NCBI RefSeq assembly: GCF_006345805.1 | Contig: NC_043001.1 | Span: 102,424,001 to 102,488,000, forward strand | Direction of reading: 5' to 3' | From: Octopus sinensis | Lineage: Eukaryota | Length of the DNA: 64,000 nucleotides | Part shown: positions 39,191 to 52,430 of the stretch, piece after piece | Position numbering within the stretch: position 1 is the first letter of the stretch | Layout of the letters: each line of letters begins with the position of its first letter | Notes under the pieces: generated by a model | Told to the model about the DNA's origin: nothing | Databases searched by the model: none | The model's input: only the letters and a program-made list of their open reading frames with translations | Position numbers and translations under genes: made by a program

Positions 39191-39440
39191 CTCCTCTACT
39201 TTCAGCAGGGTTTGTTTTTTCACCGTTCGTTTTGTTCCCCCTAAGGCACTTTCTATGCATTACCCATTCATTTGTCTTGTCTTAGAGCTGTAAGGCCTTA
39301 TTTATATAATGTATACTTATTTTATCTTGTTTGCATGTTCACAGTTTCTTGCCCTTGTTCTAATCCCTGTCCCCTCTCCGTTTAGATTCCTAGCACATTC
39401 TCACCAGTGATGCCACCAAAAGTGAACAATATTATTATTA

Positions 39441-41272
39441 AATTAGCAACATCCCGTTCTCTGTGTGAATCTTCCATCGCGGCAAATGCCAGTAGCAATC
39501 CAAAAACCTTCTTTGCCCATGTCCAGCGGAATTCCGCTTGAACAACCAGATTGCAACGTTGGTAGACTCAACAGGCGTATCGATTGAGGACCCTATCAAC
39601 AGAGTCAATTATTTGCCGAGGCTTTTTCAACTATTTTCAAAAACAAGATGGTCGTGAACCCCCTCCATTTGATAGATCGGTACCTCCAATGCTTCGATGG
39701 TCATCACGCGGGACGAAGTCAAACGTGTTATTCAAGGCCTCGATGTCAAACAGGGTCACGGCCTGACGGCATACACCCACGGGTTATCAAAGCGTTGGCT
39801 CCGGTCATCTGCGAGCCCTTAACACGACTATTCAATATGTCATTGGCGACGGGTGTATACCTGCAGACTGGAGAACAGCGATAATCTGCCCAATTTTCAA
39901 GAAAGGGAGCCGCGAAGACCGCTTAACTACCGACCGGTTTCCCTTACATCAATAATCAGCAAGATGTTCGAAACCATCCTTAAGAAAAGTATGATGCTCC
40001 ACCTCCTAAACACAGCCTCGATCACTGATTCCCAACACGGCTTCGTGCCGAAGAGATCATGCTTGACCAACATACTAGTAATGGAAGAATTGGTGACGCG
40101 CATCCTCGATGATAGTGATGCTGTTGACATCGTTTTATTGGACTTTGCCAAAGCTTTTGACTCGGTAAACCACCGCCTACTACTTGTCAAGCTTCAAGCA
40201 TATAGTTTCCATCCGAATATTGTACGATGGGTTGGTGCCTTCCTCTCAGATCGCTCCTTCCAAGTTCAAGTTAATGGTTCGCGGTCCGACGTCTCCAGTG
40301 CGAGCAGTGGCGTGCCTCAAGGTTCAGTGCTTGGGCCCTTGTTGTTCTTAGTCTTCATAAATGACTTGCCTGACGACCTCACGCAACACACCCTTCTATT
40401 TGCCGACGATATCAAACTGGTCGCTCCTCGCGGTAGTTAGTATAGGATCTTCGTCGATGCCTCCACCAAATTGGAATGGTCTAACGATTGGGACCTGTGT
40501 CTGAACGTGTCAAAGTGCTGTCATCTGCCTGTCGGCTCTACTCCTGCAACTCAACTTGATTTCGAGCCGGGTCGTCTGCTGTGGAGAGGACCGATCAGGT
40601 AAAGGACCTGGGTATCTTGGTGGATTCCTCCTTTTCGCCTTCAGCCCAGTGCGTCCATGCTGCCAACAAAGCGCGTGGAATTCTGTTTTGATTCGACGGT
40701 CATTCGGAATGCTCACAGCAGCCATATTCCTACCACTCTATGTCACGCTGGTGAGACCCATATTGGAGTATGGGATTCAAGCCTCTTCTCCTTATCTCCT
40801 CAAAGACATACAGCATCTCGAAAGAGTCCAGAGGCTGGCTACCCGCATGGTTCATGGTCTCAAAATTTGTCCTATGAGAAAGGCTGAGGACGCTCGACCT
40901 TTATTCTCTTGAAAAAACGCCGCCGCCGTGGTGATCTCATTCTCGCCCACAACATCATAAGGGAAGTGTAACCTCTCGAAAGAGCTGTTCTTCACTCCTG
41001 CTCTGGAGCGTCGGCTGCGGGGTCATTCCGAAAGCTCTACCTGCAACGATTTCATCTCAATCGAAGGAGAGGAGCTTTCTCCGTCCGGGTTGCGGATCCG
41101 TGGAACAAGCTGCCAGACAAGATGGTGAAGATGCCGACGACCGCTTTGTTCAAAGCCTCCTGGACCTCAAGTGGCCTGAACTCTTTACATGAACACCACC
41201 CTGTACTTAACTCCATGTCCCCCTACATGGCCTTGCTATTTGCTTTTGAGCCAAATTAACTAACTAACTAAC
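39441..41272 (+). mobile_element. 5'-truncated CR1-like LINE, CpG-rich, RT domain and 3' end
   Basis: NYRPVSLTS, QHGFVPKRSC, LDFAKAFDSV, GVPQGSVLGPLLF, LFADDIKL, VRPILEYG, PWNKLP; (TAAC)4 tail; many 1-bp frameshifts. Confidence 0.96.
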
Positions 41273-41440
41273 ATTTGTTCCGTTGTTGTGTCTCTGTACA
41301 AATTTTGGAACTACACACACACACTTTATTAAAAAGCAGCAAAAATATCACAAAAACAGTGATATTTTTGTTGTTTCTTAATAAAGTCTGGTATTCGACT
41401 ATTTTTTCCACCTTGTTTCACATTTATGTGCTTACTCTGG

Positions 41441-41493
<53 letters not shown>

Positions 41494-43120
41494 CTATAAG
41501 TAGTTTTAGAGACAGGATCACCCTCAACTCAATCAACTTTGAAGATATTACACCCGACCGAGCCATCAAATATTAAATACTATACTTACTATATGTATTC
41601 AGAATCCCATACTTTCCATTTTAAAGACAACACGTGTTTCATGACAGTATGTCTGTATTTTTTGAGATATAAAGTCTCTAGTTTCAATACTCAGTTAGAT
41701 CGATGTACTCCCAATCTTCAGGTCTGGATTCTACACATTTATTACACTATTTACATTCTATATAACTCCATACTGATTGAAATTATTTGACTAAAAATCA
41801 TTAACATAATTTTACTTTACAAATTAATGAATGAAATTAAAAATAATGAATGAACCTTAAAAATTTAAGAAATAAAAATTTAAGGAATAAAAGAGGATAA
41901 AAAATACGAATAAAAATACGAGTAAAAAAATTCGAATAAAGAATATGAAATAAAAAATAAAAATAATGAACAAAACGAATGTTAACTTATCTATTTGTGG
42001 TTCCTTCCCTGCGAAAATTACACATAGCTACATCTTGTAATTTTATATATATATGAATAAAATATTGAGAGAAATTCACTTTAGTATCTTAATTTGAACG
42101 CCTCATTCCTGTGAATTCGGAATTAATCTTTCCTAATAATTATAATACATATATATATAGACACACAGATTGACAGACAAACCAACCATTTACAGCCACA
42201 GACACATTAAATGGCATTCTGTATGAATGTGAATATGAGAGTAAGGTAATGCTCACATATATTACCATATAGGATGGTAATAATCACCTTTTATAGAGTA
42301 CCCTTAAGTTATTAGATGGTGAAAATAAACAAACATTAAAGGAATCTTGGCATGGTTACCTAATCAGGAATGCTACTGATAATTCCACAGCAACCACAAC
42401 GAATCTTGTCAGGAGTAAAATCTATCGAAACTGCTTTGCAGACTTCCTGCTTAAAGAATATTATAATTAGAAAATGTTCATCAAGAGATTTTTGCGACAA
42501 CAAACCAAGTTAGATTCAATGAAATAAATCAATTGTTGGGGAGTTATTTGAATCTACACCTTTTGACTCCAAACCATTTTTTCAACCACCTTTCTCCATT
42601 CTTCAAATTTTTTTTTATGATGAAATGACCTGCATACAAAACATCAAACACATCCCCTTCTTTTTAAGCATAAAACTAATGCAGCTTGTTAAAACCTGTT
42701 TCTGCCATGGTTTTTTCTGTTTGTGATCATTGCCTTACTTTACACACACAAACACACACACCACACACACACACACACAAACATATAACATGGTATAAAT
42801 GCATAGGCATAACTAAAGTTTAGTGTATTACTCCTTCCTCAAATAACTTTCTTAATAATGTTTATTTTCATTGAAATTTTGCAGATGTTTCTGAAGGTGC
42901 AGGTTACCATAATGGGAAATTAAAAAAACTTATTTTTCTTTTTCTATAAATACAAAGAAAAATGAAATCCATGCCTTTTAACCATTCAATAACTTGCTCA
43001 TCATTATTGCACAGCACAAAAGGAATTATCACATTATCTTCGAAGCAATAATGGATAAGTTTACATTTAACCTATTATAATGCAGATTGAATTTCAGATA
43101 ACCTGTAATATACTCCTTAC

Positions 43121-43192
43121 CACATCATTATGCTCTGCGATAACCATGAGCAAGCTGATGAATGGTTAAAATGGTATGAACTTCTTTTCCTT
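43121..43192 (-). CDS. Candidate 72-nt exon (RKRSSYHFNHSSACSWLSQSIMM if coding)
   Basis: Strong acceptor ttttttttttgtattcag and donor G|gtaagg; one open frame (phase 2-2); could be UTR or non-coding. Confidence 0.35.
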
Positions 43193-43714
43193 CTGAATAC
43201 AAAAAAAAAACAATTAAAGGAAAAGTTTTCATCAACATAATCCCAATCTACACCTTTGAAAATATAATCATGCAAAATTTGTTTTAAAAAAATGCATTCT
43301 GAAGGAACAAAACTAAGAGGGCCCTAAACCATAGGTGTGTCTAAGCCCCAACCTTCACTACAGCATACATACATGTTCAGTGAAAATAAGCAAGTTGACA
43401 ACATTTTAGTGCTTTGGACAAAATACTTTACAGATTTTGTTCCAACCCTTTAACATTGAGTTCTTAGGTGTCAGTGGTTCACCTGTCCAAGTTATGTGTC
43501 AACTGACGCAGTCTAACTTGCATAGATAGGCCTATATCGAGTATGTTGGTAATGGTATGCTGAGGTTTCTATCCAGAAGTGGATTGAAACAGTTGAAACA
43601 ATAATGAATGCATCAAATATTTGAGTAGATTACATGGAACACACACCATTTAAACACTTTTACTTTCTATCTCCTACAGCCACATGCACCCTAGAGTAGT
43701 TTTTTTCTGCTTGA

Positions 43715-44050
43715 CTGGCTCCTATCAGCCATCCTACCCACACATGTATGGAAGATGGACGTTAAATAATGATGATGATGATGATGACGTCCTCCTCATC
43801 ATCATTCAACATCCATTTACCATGCTGGTATGGGTTGAGCAGTTTGACAGGAGTTGACAAGCCAGAGGGCTGCACCAGACGCCAAGCATCTGTTTTGGCA
43901 TGGTTTTTAGGGCTGGATGCCCTTCCTAATGCCAACCACTTTACAGAACGTCCTGAGTGCCTCTTACACCAGCACCAGTGTTTTTCATGACACCAGTGCA
44001 GGAGCTTTTTTATGTGGCTTGGGCACAGGTACATTTCACATGGAACCAGC
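43715..44050 (-). mobile_element. RTE 3'UTR copy, tail-to-tail with a short plus-strand tail
   Basis: (GAT)n at ~43768-43787 then (CAT)n and GGCTGGATGCCCTTCCTAATGCCAACCAC. Confidence 0.8.
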
Positions 44051-44764
44051 ACAGATGCTCTTTGACACACACTTGCACACATTCACTAGTTGGAAGACCA
44101 AATACAGCCTAGAACAAAGCTATCATGGTAAATGAGCAACAATGAAATCACTTATAAGTCACAGTTTTAGACCCCAAATAAACACCAGCCAATTTCTCAA
44201 CAACCCTGAGTCACCTCATAGGCTTGTACTTAATAAAATATATTCAATTATTCTTTCACAGAGGTTCTATGCTCCACTATTGTGCAATTGTACAAGTTTG
44301 TTCCATCAAACACTCTAAAATTGTTTGGCAGAGTTTCAGTCTAAAGCATCCCACACCAATATATCCACAGGCATTTTAGAAGCTAATAGACACCATCATT
44401 TTAGCAAGATTTATTTCTAGAAACAAAATGTCATTTCATGCATTTCAGTACTTAATCTAGTATTTAGAAGAACATGCTTTGTGCAGTTTTTAATATAATT
44501 TAACCTATTTGAGTACCGCACTAAAGAGTAGTGTCTGCACAGATAAAACAGTGTAATGGGAGGTGTCCATATATACTCCTTAACATGATAATGGCATAAA
44601 TCTTGAGTTGTGAGACAAAGATTCAGTTTTAATAAAAAAAAAAAAAACACTGTATCATCAGCAACATGGATGAAGCACTTCTCTCTCATTCATCCAAACA
44701 TAAAACAATGAATGCATGTATACGTGTGTGTGTGTGTGTGCATGTATGTACATATATACAAACA

Positions 44765-44960
44765 GGCAATAATGTGGCTGTGTAGTAAGAAGTTTGCTTT
44801 CCAACCACACGGCTCAGGGTTCAGTCCCAGTGCGTGATACTGAGGGTGTCTTCTACCTTAGCCTTTGACTGACAAAAGCCTTGTGAGTGAACGGATTTTG
44901 TAGACAGAAACTGAAAGTAGCCTGCCGTAAATGTGTGTGTGTTTTTATGTTTGTGTTTGT
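44765..44960 (+). mobile_element. SINE family A 5' half
   Basis: TGGCTGTGTAGTAAGAAG...GGTTCAGTCCC...GAAACTGAAAG. Confidence 0.8.
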
Positions 44961-45039
44961 AGAACTGGAGAAGACCAAACTGCCCAAGCAAACACAGCAA
45001 AATGTAAGTTAAAATGGAGAAATAAAGACTGGAATATCT

Positions 45040-45400
45040 ATTCTCATCTGGCTCTTTCACATCTGGTAAGTCTTCACCTTCTTGCAGTCTTGTTTATCTA
45101 ATTCCAGCCCATCTCTCTACAGCTCATCTACTCACCACTGGATCTTGCCACATATGGAATGAGGGGAAACACCAGATCAGCCCTGATTGAAGCCCCACCT
45201 CTACCATCCTCTGCATCTTTCTAATGATTTCTTCTTCCCATTACACCACTTGAGTAACAAGGGATTGCTTTGCATTTGTTCATGTCCAACACACCTTTTC
45301 TTTTACACCTTCACTGCTAGCAAACACTCCCCTCCTTCAGATCACTTCTCGGTTGGCAACAAGCACCCTCTTACCACCTGATATCACTCTCCTATGTTAC
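45040..45400 (+). mobile_element. Highly decayed Penelope-like GIY-YIG region
   Basis: GSFTS..SLVYLI, PDQP.. and RLATSTLL-like segments recall PLE endonuclease C-termini; followed by a pyrimidine-rich tract. Confidence 0.35.
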
Positions 45401-46019
45401 ATTCATTGATATCCATCACACACACACACCCTCTTACCCCATCCACCTTGACATTTAGTACATCTCTCCTCTCTCGCTGTTTACTATTCACTGTCTGCCT
45501 CTCGTTAGCATCTAGCGCCTCCCTCTCATCACTGTACCTGAGTACTAAAAGACCGCATCAGATCTGTTGGTAACTAACACCGCCCAAGTTCTCACCCCCA
45601 CGCCTACCACAATGCTTCGCTAATGAGGAAATTGCAATGCATCTGGTACACTCTCCCATTCTTTACTTCTTGTTCCCTCGGATATCCATCAGTCTCTCTC
45701 CATTGCCATCTCAACTAATCATCTCTCATGGCCACTCCTTCTTCAAGCCACTTACTGTTGGCATCCAGCAACTCTTACCACTGGCCTTTCTTCTTTTATC
45801 CATCTCTCTTTCTCTCTCTCCCCCACTAACCATTAAGGTTAGGCTCCTGTTTTCCTCTTTACTCCCTCCTCTTCTAGCTGCCATCCTAATCACCCTGCTT
45901 CACCCTTTACACTCTTACTTCTCTCTCCTTTTCATCCTAATTCTTCTTCCTTTGCAATCACTCTGCCCCCACCATCCTTCTACCCACTCTGTCATTCCCA
46001 ATGCCCTCTACGAACCGAC

Positions 46020-46263
46020 ACAGGTGCAGAACTGTGCATACTTCTTTTGTTTTACAGCAGTCAATTGGAGCGTGGTGCAGTTCTCCAACTTGCCAGCTCC
46101 TGTCAAACCATCCAACCCATGCCAGCATGATGATGATGATGATCTTGATGATGAAGCCATAGCGTTTGTGTTGTACAAGATGACACTTGCGCAAGGTGCC
46201 ACACAATGGGACTGAACCTGGAACCGCGTGGTTGGGGAAGCCAGCTTCTTATCACACAGCCAT
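46020..46263. mobile_element. RTE 3'UTR tail (+) abutting SINE A head (-)
   Basis: CCATCCAACCCATGCCAGCATGATGATG then AAGGTGCCACACAATGGGACTGAACC. Confidence 0.75.
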
Positions 46264-46689
46264 GAAATATGTTATTTATGTTGTATTATATCCAAATTCA
46301 CTGGAGCAGAGACACGAGGAACCATTCAACCAGATCTAAGTCATATATGCTGAAGTGAGAAACGTTTTTTTAATAATATTTTTTAAACCTTTCACATATC
46401 TTAAAAGACATTTTAAAACTGAAAAAAAACATCTTAGCAGTTATCAAATAAAGTTTTAAAATTAAAGAAAATAATTTTTCATCTATTTTGCAGAATAATT
46501 ACAAGAAATACTATTAATAAGAGCAATGAAATCTAATTTTCTATTTAGGAGGAAAAAAAGTGAATAAAAAAAACTATAATAAAAAGAAAAAATAATAATT
46601 AGCCAATATAGTCATAGCCTCAGAAGAATATATATATGATCCAAGTTAAAAATATACCAAGATTCTTTTCTCTTATGTTATTGGATGCT

Positions 46690-47158
46690 GTATGTATGTA
46701 TACACACACACCACACACATACACGTATACACACATACACATAAACACAGATACATATATACACATACATGTATATATTATACACACATACATGTATATA
46801 TACACACACACGTCTATACATGTATATATACATATACACACACACATGCACATACATATATATATATACATACATACATATACACACATGCATACACACA
46901 CACACACACACAGATATATATATGTACATATACACACACAAGCATACATAATTATATTTATATATATATATATACATATATACACACATGTGTATACATA
47001 TATATATATATATATACATATACACACACATGCATATACATATATATATACACATACATATACGTACATACATACACACACACTCACATACACAAACATA
47101 TATTCACATACACAGATATACATGTATGTGTGTGAGTGTGTATATATATATATATATT
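46690..47158. repeat. ~470-bp compound (CA)/(TA) microsatellite
   Basis: Direct inspection. Confidence 0.97.
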
Positions 47159-49136
47159 CTAATCCCCATTCTCATTATCTTGTTTAATTTCAGCATAAGG
47201 TATTTGAAAATTGCTAGTAAATCCTTCATGGATATTATTTCTGTAGTGACAATATATTTTCTGTCTCTCTCTGTCTCTCTAACACACACACACACACACA
47301 CACACACTCAAACACCTCAGTTAAACTAGTAAATGCACTGCAATATTCATATGTTTCAGTTATCAGAGTTATGAATGTAGAAAATTGAATCTTTTAACTA
47401 AAAATAGACTCAGCTTCCAGGAATAGAAAATTGTTTCACGTTGCAAAAGGAGACAATTTCCAATTATTTGAATATTTATATTGGCATGTTAAACCAATCC
47501 TAGTGTCAGAATTATAGCTTTGTAGACTTATATTATAAAACGAAGATGAAACAAAAAAAAAAAAAACAAGAGAAGATAAAATAAAAGAGAAAAATCCCAC
47601 CACAGGCAAACAGAGAGAATGGTTCTGAACGTAGAGGTAAAATGAAAATATGATTGGTGTGGTACATTGAGGTGGCATTTCATTGAATGTGCCAAAACAA
47701 GAAAATGTTAATATAACAAGTGCAAGAAGAATTTGTAAAGGTGTTAGTGCACCTAACACCACAAATATGAAATTATGTCAATACCATACCGACAAATACA
47801 ACCTGTATATTCCATTTTGATCATCTCTCTTCCTCTCTCCTCCCTCCCCCACACACACTACATATATCATTTTCATCATCATTATTATCATCATTATTAT
47901 TATTAACATGCGTAAGAAAACCATGACATTCTGTGCAAGAAATTATCATTGACAAGTGTATATTATCGAGATAATCAGATCAATGCTATTTTATATCAAT
48001 ATACTATACTCTCTATATGGTCTACTAATACTATACATAACATACTGTTAATATTAGTAGCTGCAGTAGTTTTTTTAACTGGAAAAGAAAAATTGTCCTT
48101 TTTTTTTCTTCTATTCATTTTAACTAAGAATAATAATTATTGAAATATATATTTTCTTTTCTTGTGGAATTCAAAATAATCAATTCAAATACTATGCAGA
48201 GTACAAGTTTTATGTGAACACAGAAACGCACATTTATAACTGTCTAAGTTGTATTTTTTAATAAAATATTTAGAACAATTTGTCTTCCAAAATTAAGTTT
48301 ACAGGAGAAAATAGATTACAAGAAAATGTTTCTGAACATGTGCAAAGAAAGACGAAGATACATATACACATATATATACATATGTACACATACTTCAAAT
48401 ATTGGATTAAAAACAAAAATAAACAACAAAAGCAAAACCATTATTAATAACTGGTTTGAATTGCTCTCACTCTCCCTCACACTAACTTCAAGAAAATAGG
48501 CAAAAAAAAAAGACTTTTGCTTATTAGATTACTATTACAATATTAGTTTATTTGTTGGGTTTTTTTTTTTAATTTAAATTGATTTTTTTTTCTTTTGCAA
48601 TGAAATTCAAAGAAAATTTCATTACAAAATTTAATAACAATTCCTCTACCCACTTTCATGCAGAGTTCATTTTGGGGCAGAAGAAAATGAAAGAAAGAAA
48701 TGAAATATAATCAATCCATCCTGCCTCAGTATATTACAAGTAATTATTCTATTCACCTTCCACCCTGGGAATGGGAAGACTGCATTAAGTTCAATGGAAT
48801 TTGAGCATATAACTGTAAAGCATTGAACTAGAAATTATGCACTCTCTGCACAAGTCCTCCCTTGATCCATCATGCGGATCAGCCTGTCAGATTTAACAAG
48901 GATTTCTATCTACAAAACAAACAGTAGCAAAGAAAAGATTATCAGTGCCCTTTATAGTGATAGGAATGTCTAGATTAGGGTCTTGCTGTTTTAATGTATC
49001 TTTTGGCTGTACAAATATCGAATACTGTCTCTAAAGATGTTTGCTAATATTGTACGATGTAGACTAAGAAAGAAGAGAAATTCTTGCAAGGATAGACAGC
49101 CTCCACATCATACTGTAACTCTAACATTGTGCAATA

Positions 49137-49436
49137 TATGAGGGTGAGTCAAAAGGTAATGCCATTTTGTTTAGGACAGGTATAATTACCAACACAGGAA
49201 CATGTATCATACATCAAAACGAAGCTGGTCCTCTGTGGATCACATCCTTACTTCTCAAAATAGTTACCGTTTCTCTCAATAGCAATGTTCCACCTCTGAA
49301 TGAGAGCATGTATCCCTGCCCCATAAAACTCTGTTAACTGTTCTTTGAGCCACTTCTTCACTACAGTTTTACTTCCTCGTCACTGGACTATCATCACTTT
49401 GGCTCCATGAAAGAGGGTTTGAGAGTCAAACATTAT
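49137..49436 (-). mobile_element. Mariner 3' end with TIR; innermost 51 bp inverted
   Basis: TIR TATGAGGGTGAGTCAAAA at 49137; minus strand SDEEVKTVVKKWLKEQLTEFYGAGIHALIQRWNIAIERNGNYFEK*; plus strand 49386-49436 DYHHFGSMKEGLRVKHY. Confidence 0.88.
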
Positions 49437-50692
49437 TTAGTGTGTGGAAGCAAGGTCTAGAATTGAAGGGCATTAGACTCAATCTAGTAAAGACCAAAGT
49501 CTTAGTCAGTAGGAAAGCAGACAAATCACAAATCCTTTCAGGTAGATAGCCCTGCTCTATCTGTAGAAAAGGCTTAGGTAGAAACTCCATACGATGTACC
49601 CATTGTAAGCTATGGACACATAAAAGGTGCAGCAATATCAGAGGAAGGTTAACTGGGAAGATAGTTTTGTGTGTAACAGATAAACACCGAAGAACTAGAG
49701 AAAACAGATTCTATCATGTGCCAGGGGGAAAAACTAGAAGTAGTTGACAGCTTCCATTATCTAGGTGACCAAGTCAGTACCAGAGTGGATGCTCTGCTAC
49801 AATAAGAACAGCCTGGGTAAAGTTCAGAGAGCTTCTACCTTGGCTAGTAACAAAGGGCCTCTTGCTCAGAGTAAAAGGTATGATGCTTGTGTGCGAACAG
49901 CCATGCTACATGGCAGTGAAACATGGGCTGTGACTGTAGAGGGGATGCGTAGGCTTGAAAGAAATGAAGCCAGTATGCTCCACTGGATGTGTAATGTCAG
50001 TGTGCAAGCACCCTGAGAGAAAAGTTGGACATAAGAAGCATCAGATGTGGTGTGCAAGAGAGATGACTGTGCTGGTATGGTCATGTGATGCATATGAATG
50101 AAGACAGCTATGTGAAAAAGTGTCACACCCTAACAGTGGAGGGAACCTGTGGAAGAGGTAGCTACAGGAAGACATGGGATGAGGTGGTGAGGCATGATCT
50201 TCGAACGTTGGGCCTTACAGAGGCAATGACAAGCAAATGAAACCTTTGGAAATATGACATGCTTGAGAAGACCTGCAAAGCCAAGTGAGATTGTAGCCAT
50301 GGCTGATATGTCAGTGTTGCTAAACTGTCCCATTTAAAAGCATCCTTCAATCATTGGGCAATAAGCTGTGCTTGTGAAAACCTGTTGACCTGAGTGAAAT
50401 TGTAGTTCTGGCTGATGCTAGTACCACCAAACTGGCTCCCATGCTGGTGGCACATAAAAAGCACCAATTCAAGTGTGGTCAATGCCAGTGCTGCCTGACT
50501 GGCTCCTGTGCTGGTGGCACGTAAAAGCACCCACTACATTCTTGGAATGGTTGGCATTAAGAAAGGCATCCAGTTGTAGAAACCTTGCCAAATCAGAATG
50601 GAGCCTCATGCAGCCTCACGGCTTGCCAGTTCTCAGACAAACCATCTAATCCATGCCAGTATGGAAAGCAGGCATTAAACGATGATGAAGAT
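49437..50692 (+). mobile_element. 5'-truncated RTE LINE with PHD-like insert, complete 3'UTR and (GAT)n tail
   Basis: WKQGLELKGIRLNLVKTKVL, PCSICRKGLGRNSIRCTHCKLWTHKRCS, LEVVDSFHYLGD, YDACVRTAMLHGSETW, WYGHV, RKTWDEVVRHDL. Confidence 0.93.
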
Positions 50693-50723
50693 ATATATAT
50701 ATATATAAATATATGTATATGTC

Positions 50724-50791
<68 letters not shown>

Positions 50792-50818
50792 GTGTGTGTG
50801 TGTGTCTGCATGTGTGTG

Positions 50819-50849
<31 letters not shown>

Positions 50850-50854
<5 letters not shown>

Positions 50855-51210
50855 GAGAGAAATGAAGGTAGTATACTGTATTGGAAGTGCAACATCAGTG
50901 TGCATATATGACAAAGTGCAAATGTATATGAGAGAAAAATTGGGCATAAGAGGAATCGAACGTAGCCTGCAAGAGAGAGAAGGTTTTGGACATGTGATGC
51001 CTTTGAATGAGTACTGTTGCATAAAGAAGTGCTGATCACTGAAAGTGGATAGTACCCGTGGAAGAGAAAGACCCAGGAGGATGTGAGGTGAAGTGGTAAG
51101 AACTGACCTCAGGATGTTGGGCCTCACAGAGAAATTGACAGTGGACTGTGAGGTCTAGTGATATGAGGTTCTTGAGAAGACCCACTGACATCAGCAAAAC
51201 CAAGTTCCAC
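50850..51210 (+). mobile_element. RTE LINE ORF2 C-terminal remnant
   Basis: ERNEGSILYW, REKLGIRGI, FGHVMP, GRERPRRM. Confidence 0.8.
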
Positions 51211-51367
51211 CCACACACCCTGTCTCATAGTATCATTGTTATCTGCTAGCACCCAACCTGTGTGTTCCACCCACATGTAACAAGAAAACTTTTCTCACAC
51301 CCTACCCCAACAAACCAATCTACATCTCTTCTCTTCCTCACATTTTCCCCCCTTCGGACATTATGCC

Positions 51368-51600
51368 TTGCTCCTATTTCCCAATCCTGTCCTCAGGGCC
51401 CTGTTCCTCTGTATCACTGCTATGCGACAGCTCCCCACCTCTATATATACCCAGCTTTTCGTCAGCCACTTCAACCCCACTCCACACTCTCCAATCATGC
51501 TTCTTTCACAATATCCTGCCACTTATATTATGACCTCCGAACCTCAAGGGTTTGCCCTGGTACTTGCCACCCTATATATCTCTCTCTTCCTTTACTCAAC
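51368..51600 (+). mobile_element. Decayed Penelope-like GIY-YIG region
   Basis: VSHFNPTPHSPI..EPQGFALVLATLY resembles PLE HFN..GHS..EQ.LI..LGTL; pyrimidine-rich downstream. Confidence 0.35.
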
Positions 51601-51682
51601 CATCCCATTTATATTCTGATTCATGTCCCTTGTGAGTATGTCCAGCATTTTACCATCATCTCTATTCTGCTGGCTCCCACTC

Positions 51683-51714
<32 letters not shown>

Positions 51715-51954
51715 CCCATCACCTGCTCTTCCCCCAGGTTGGGTAACCTTGTAACTCCTTTGCGGAAGCACACCTGTTTCTTTCTTCATTCCCGATCTCT
51801 CTCTTTCTCTCTCCACCCAGGTAATCTTGTACCCCCTCTACAGCAAGATACCCATTTATTTATTTCTGTCTCACTATGACCTTTCATCACCTGACACGAG
51901 ATCACCTCCTCCAATGCACCCTTCCCTCTCAAAAAGATATTTATTTTTGTCTTG

Positions 51955-52150
51955 CAAGGTACTTGGTGACCCTGCCAGTGCACGTGCCACTTAAAAGCAT
52001 CCAGTCCACACTGTAAAGTGGTTGGTATTAGCAAGAATATCCAGCTGTAAAAATCCTGCCAAAACAGACACGGAAGCCTGGCCATCTCCTGGCAAACCAT
52101 CCCACCCATGCCAGCATGGAAGGGAGATGTTAAACAAGGATGATAATGAT
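51955..52150 (+). mobile_element. RTE 3'UTR copy
   Basis: GTGGTTGGTATTAGCAAGAATATCCAGCTGT...CCCATGCCAGCATGGAA, (GAT) tail. Confidence 0.8.
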
Positions 52151-52174
52151 AATATATATATATATATGCAATAT

Positions 52175-52400
52175 ATTCTTGTATTCTTGTATTTGTTTCA
52201 GTCAGTTGACTGTAGCCATGTTGGAGCACTGCCTTCAGTGGAAGGAATCAACCCCAGGACTTATTGTTTTGTAAAGCTAGTACTTATTCTATCGGTCTCT
52301 TTTGCCAAACTGCTAAGCAACAGGGACGTAAACAAACAAATATCAGTTGTCAAGCAATGGTGTGAGGGGTAGGGACAAACTAGACACACACACACACACA
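52175..52400 (-). mobile_element. SINE family A 3' half
   Basis: rc of tail and body up to the (CA)n centre. Confidence 0.8.
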
Positions 52401-52430
52401 CACAAATACATATATATATATACAAGATAA

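Noticed and set aside
42360-42446. 87-nt minus-strand exon-like segment
   Set aside because: All frames contain a stop (frame 0 ends in TAG at the donor).
45637-46215. 192-aa ORF (and the similar 205-aa ORF at 51262-51879)
   Set aside because: L/S/P/F-rich translations of pyrimidine-rich low-complexity tracts running into RTE and SINE tails.
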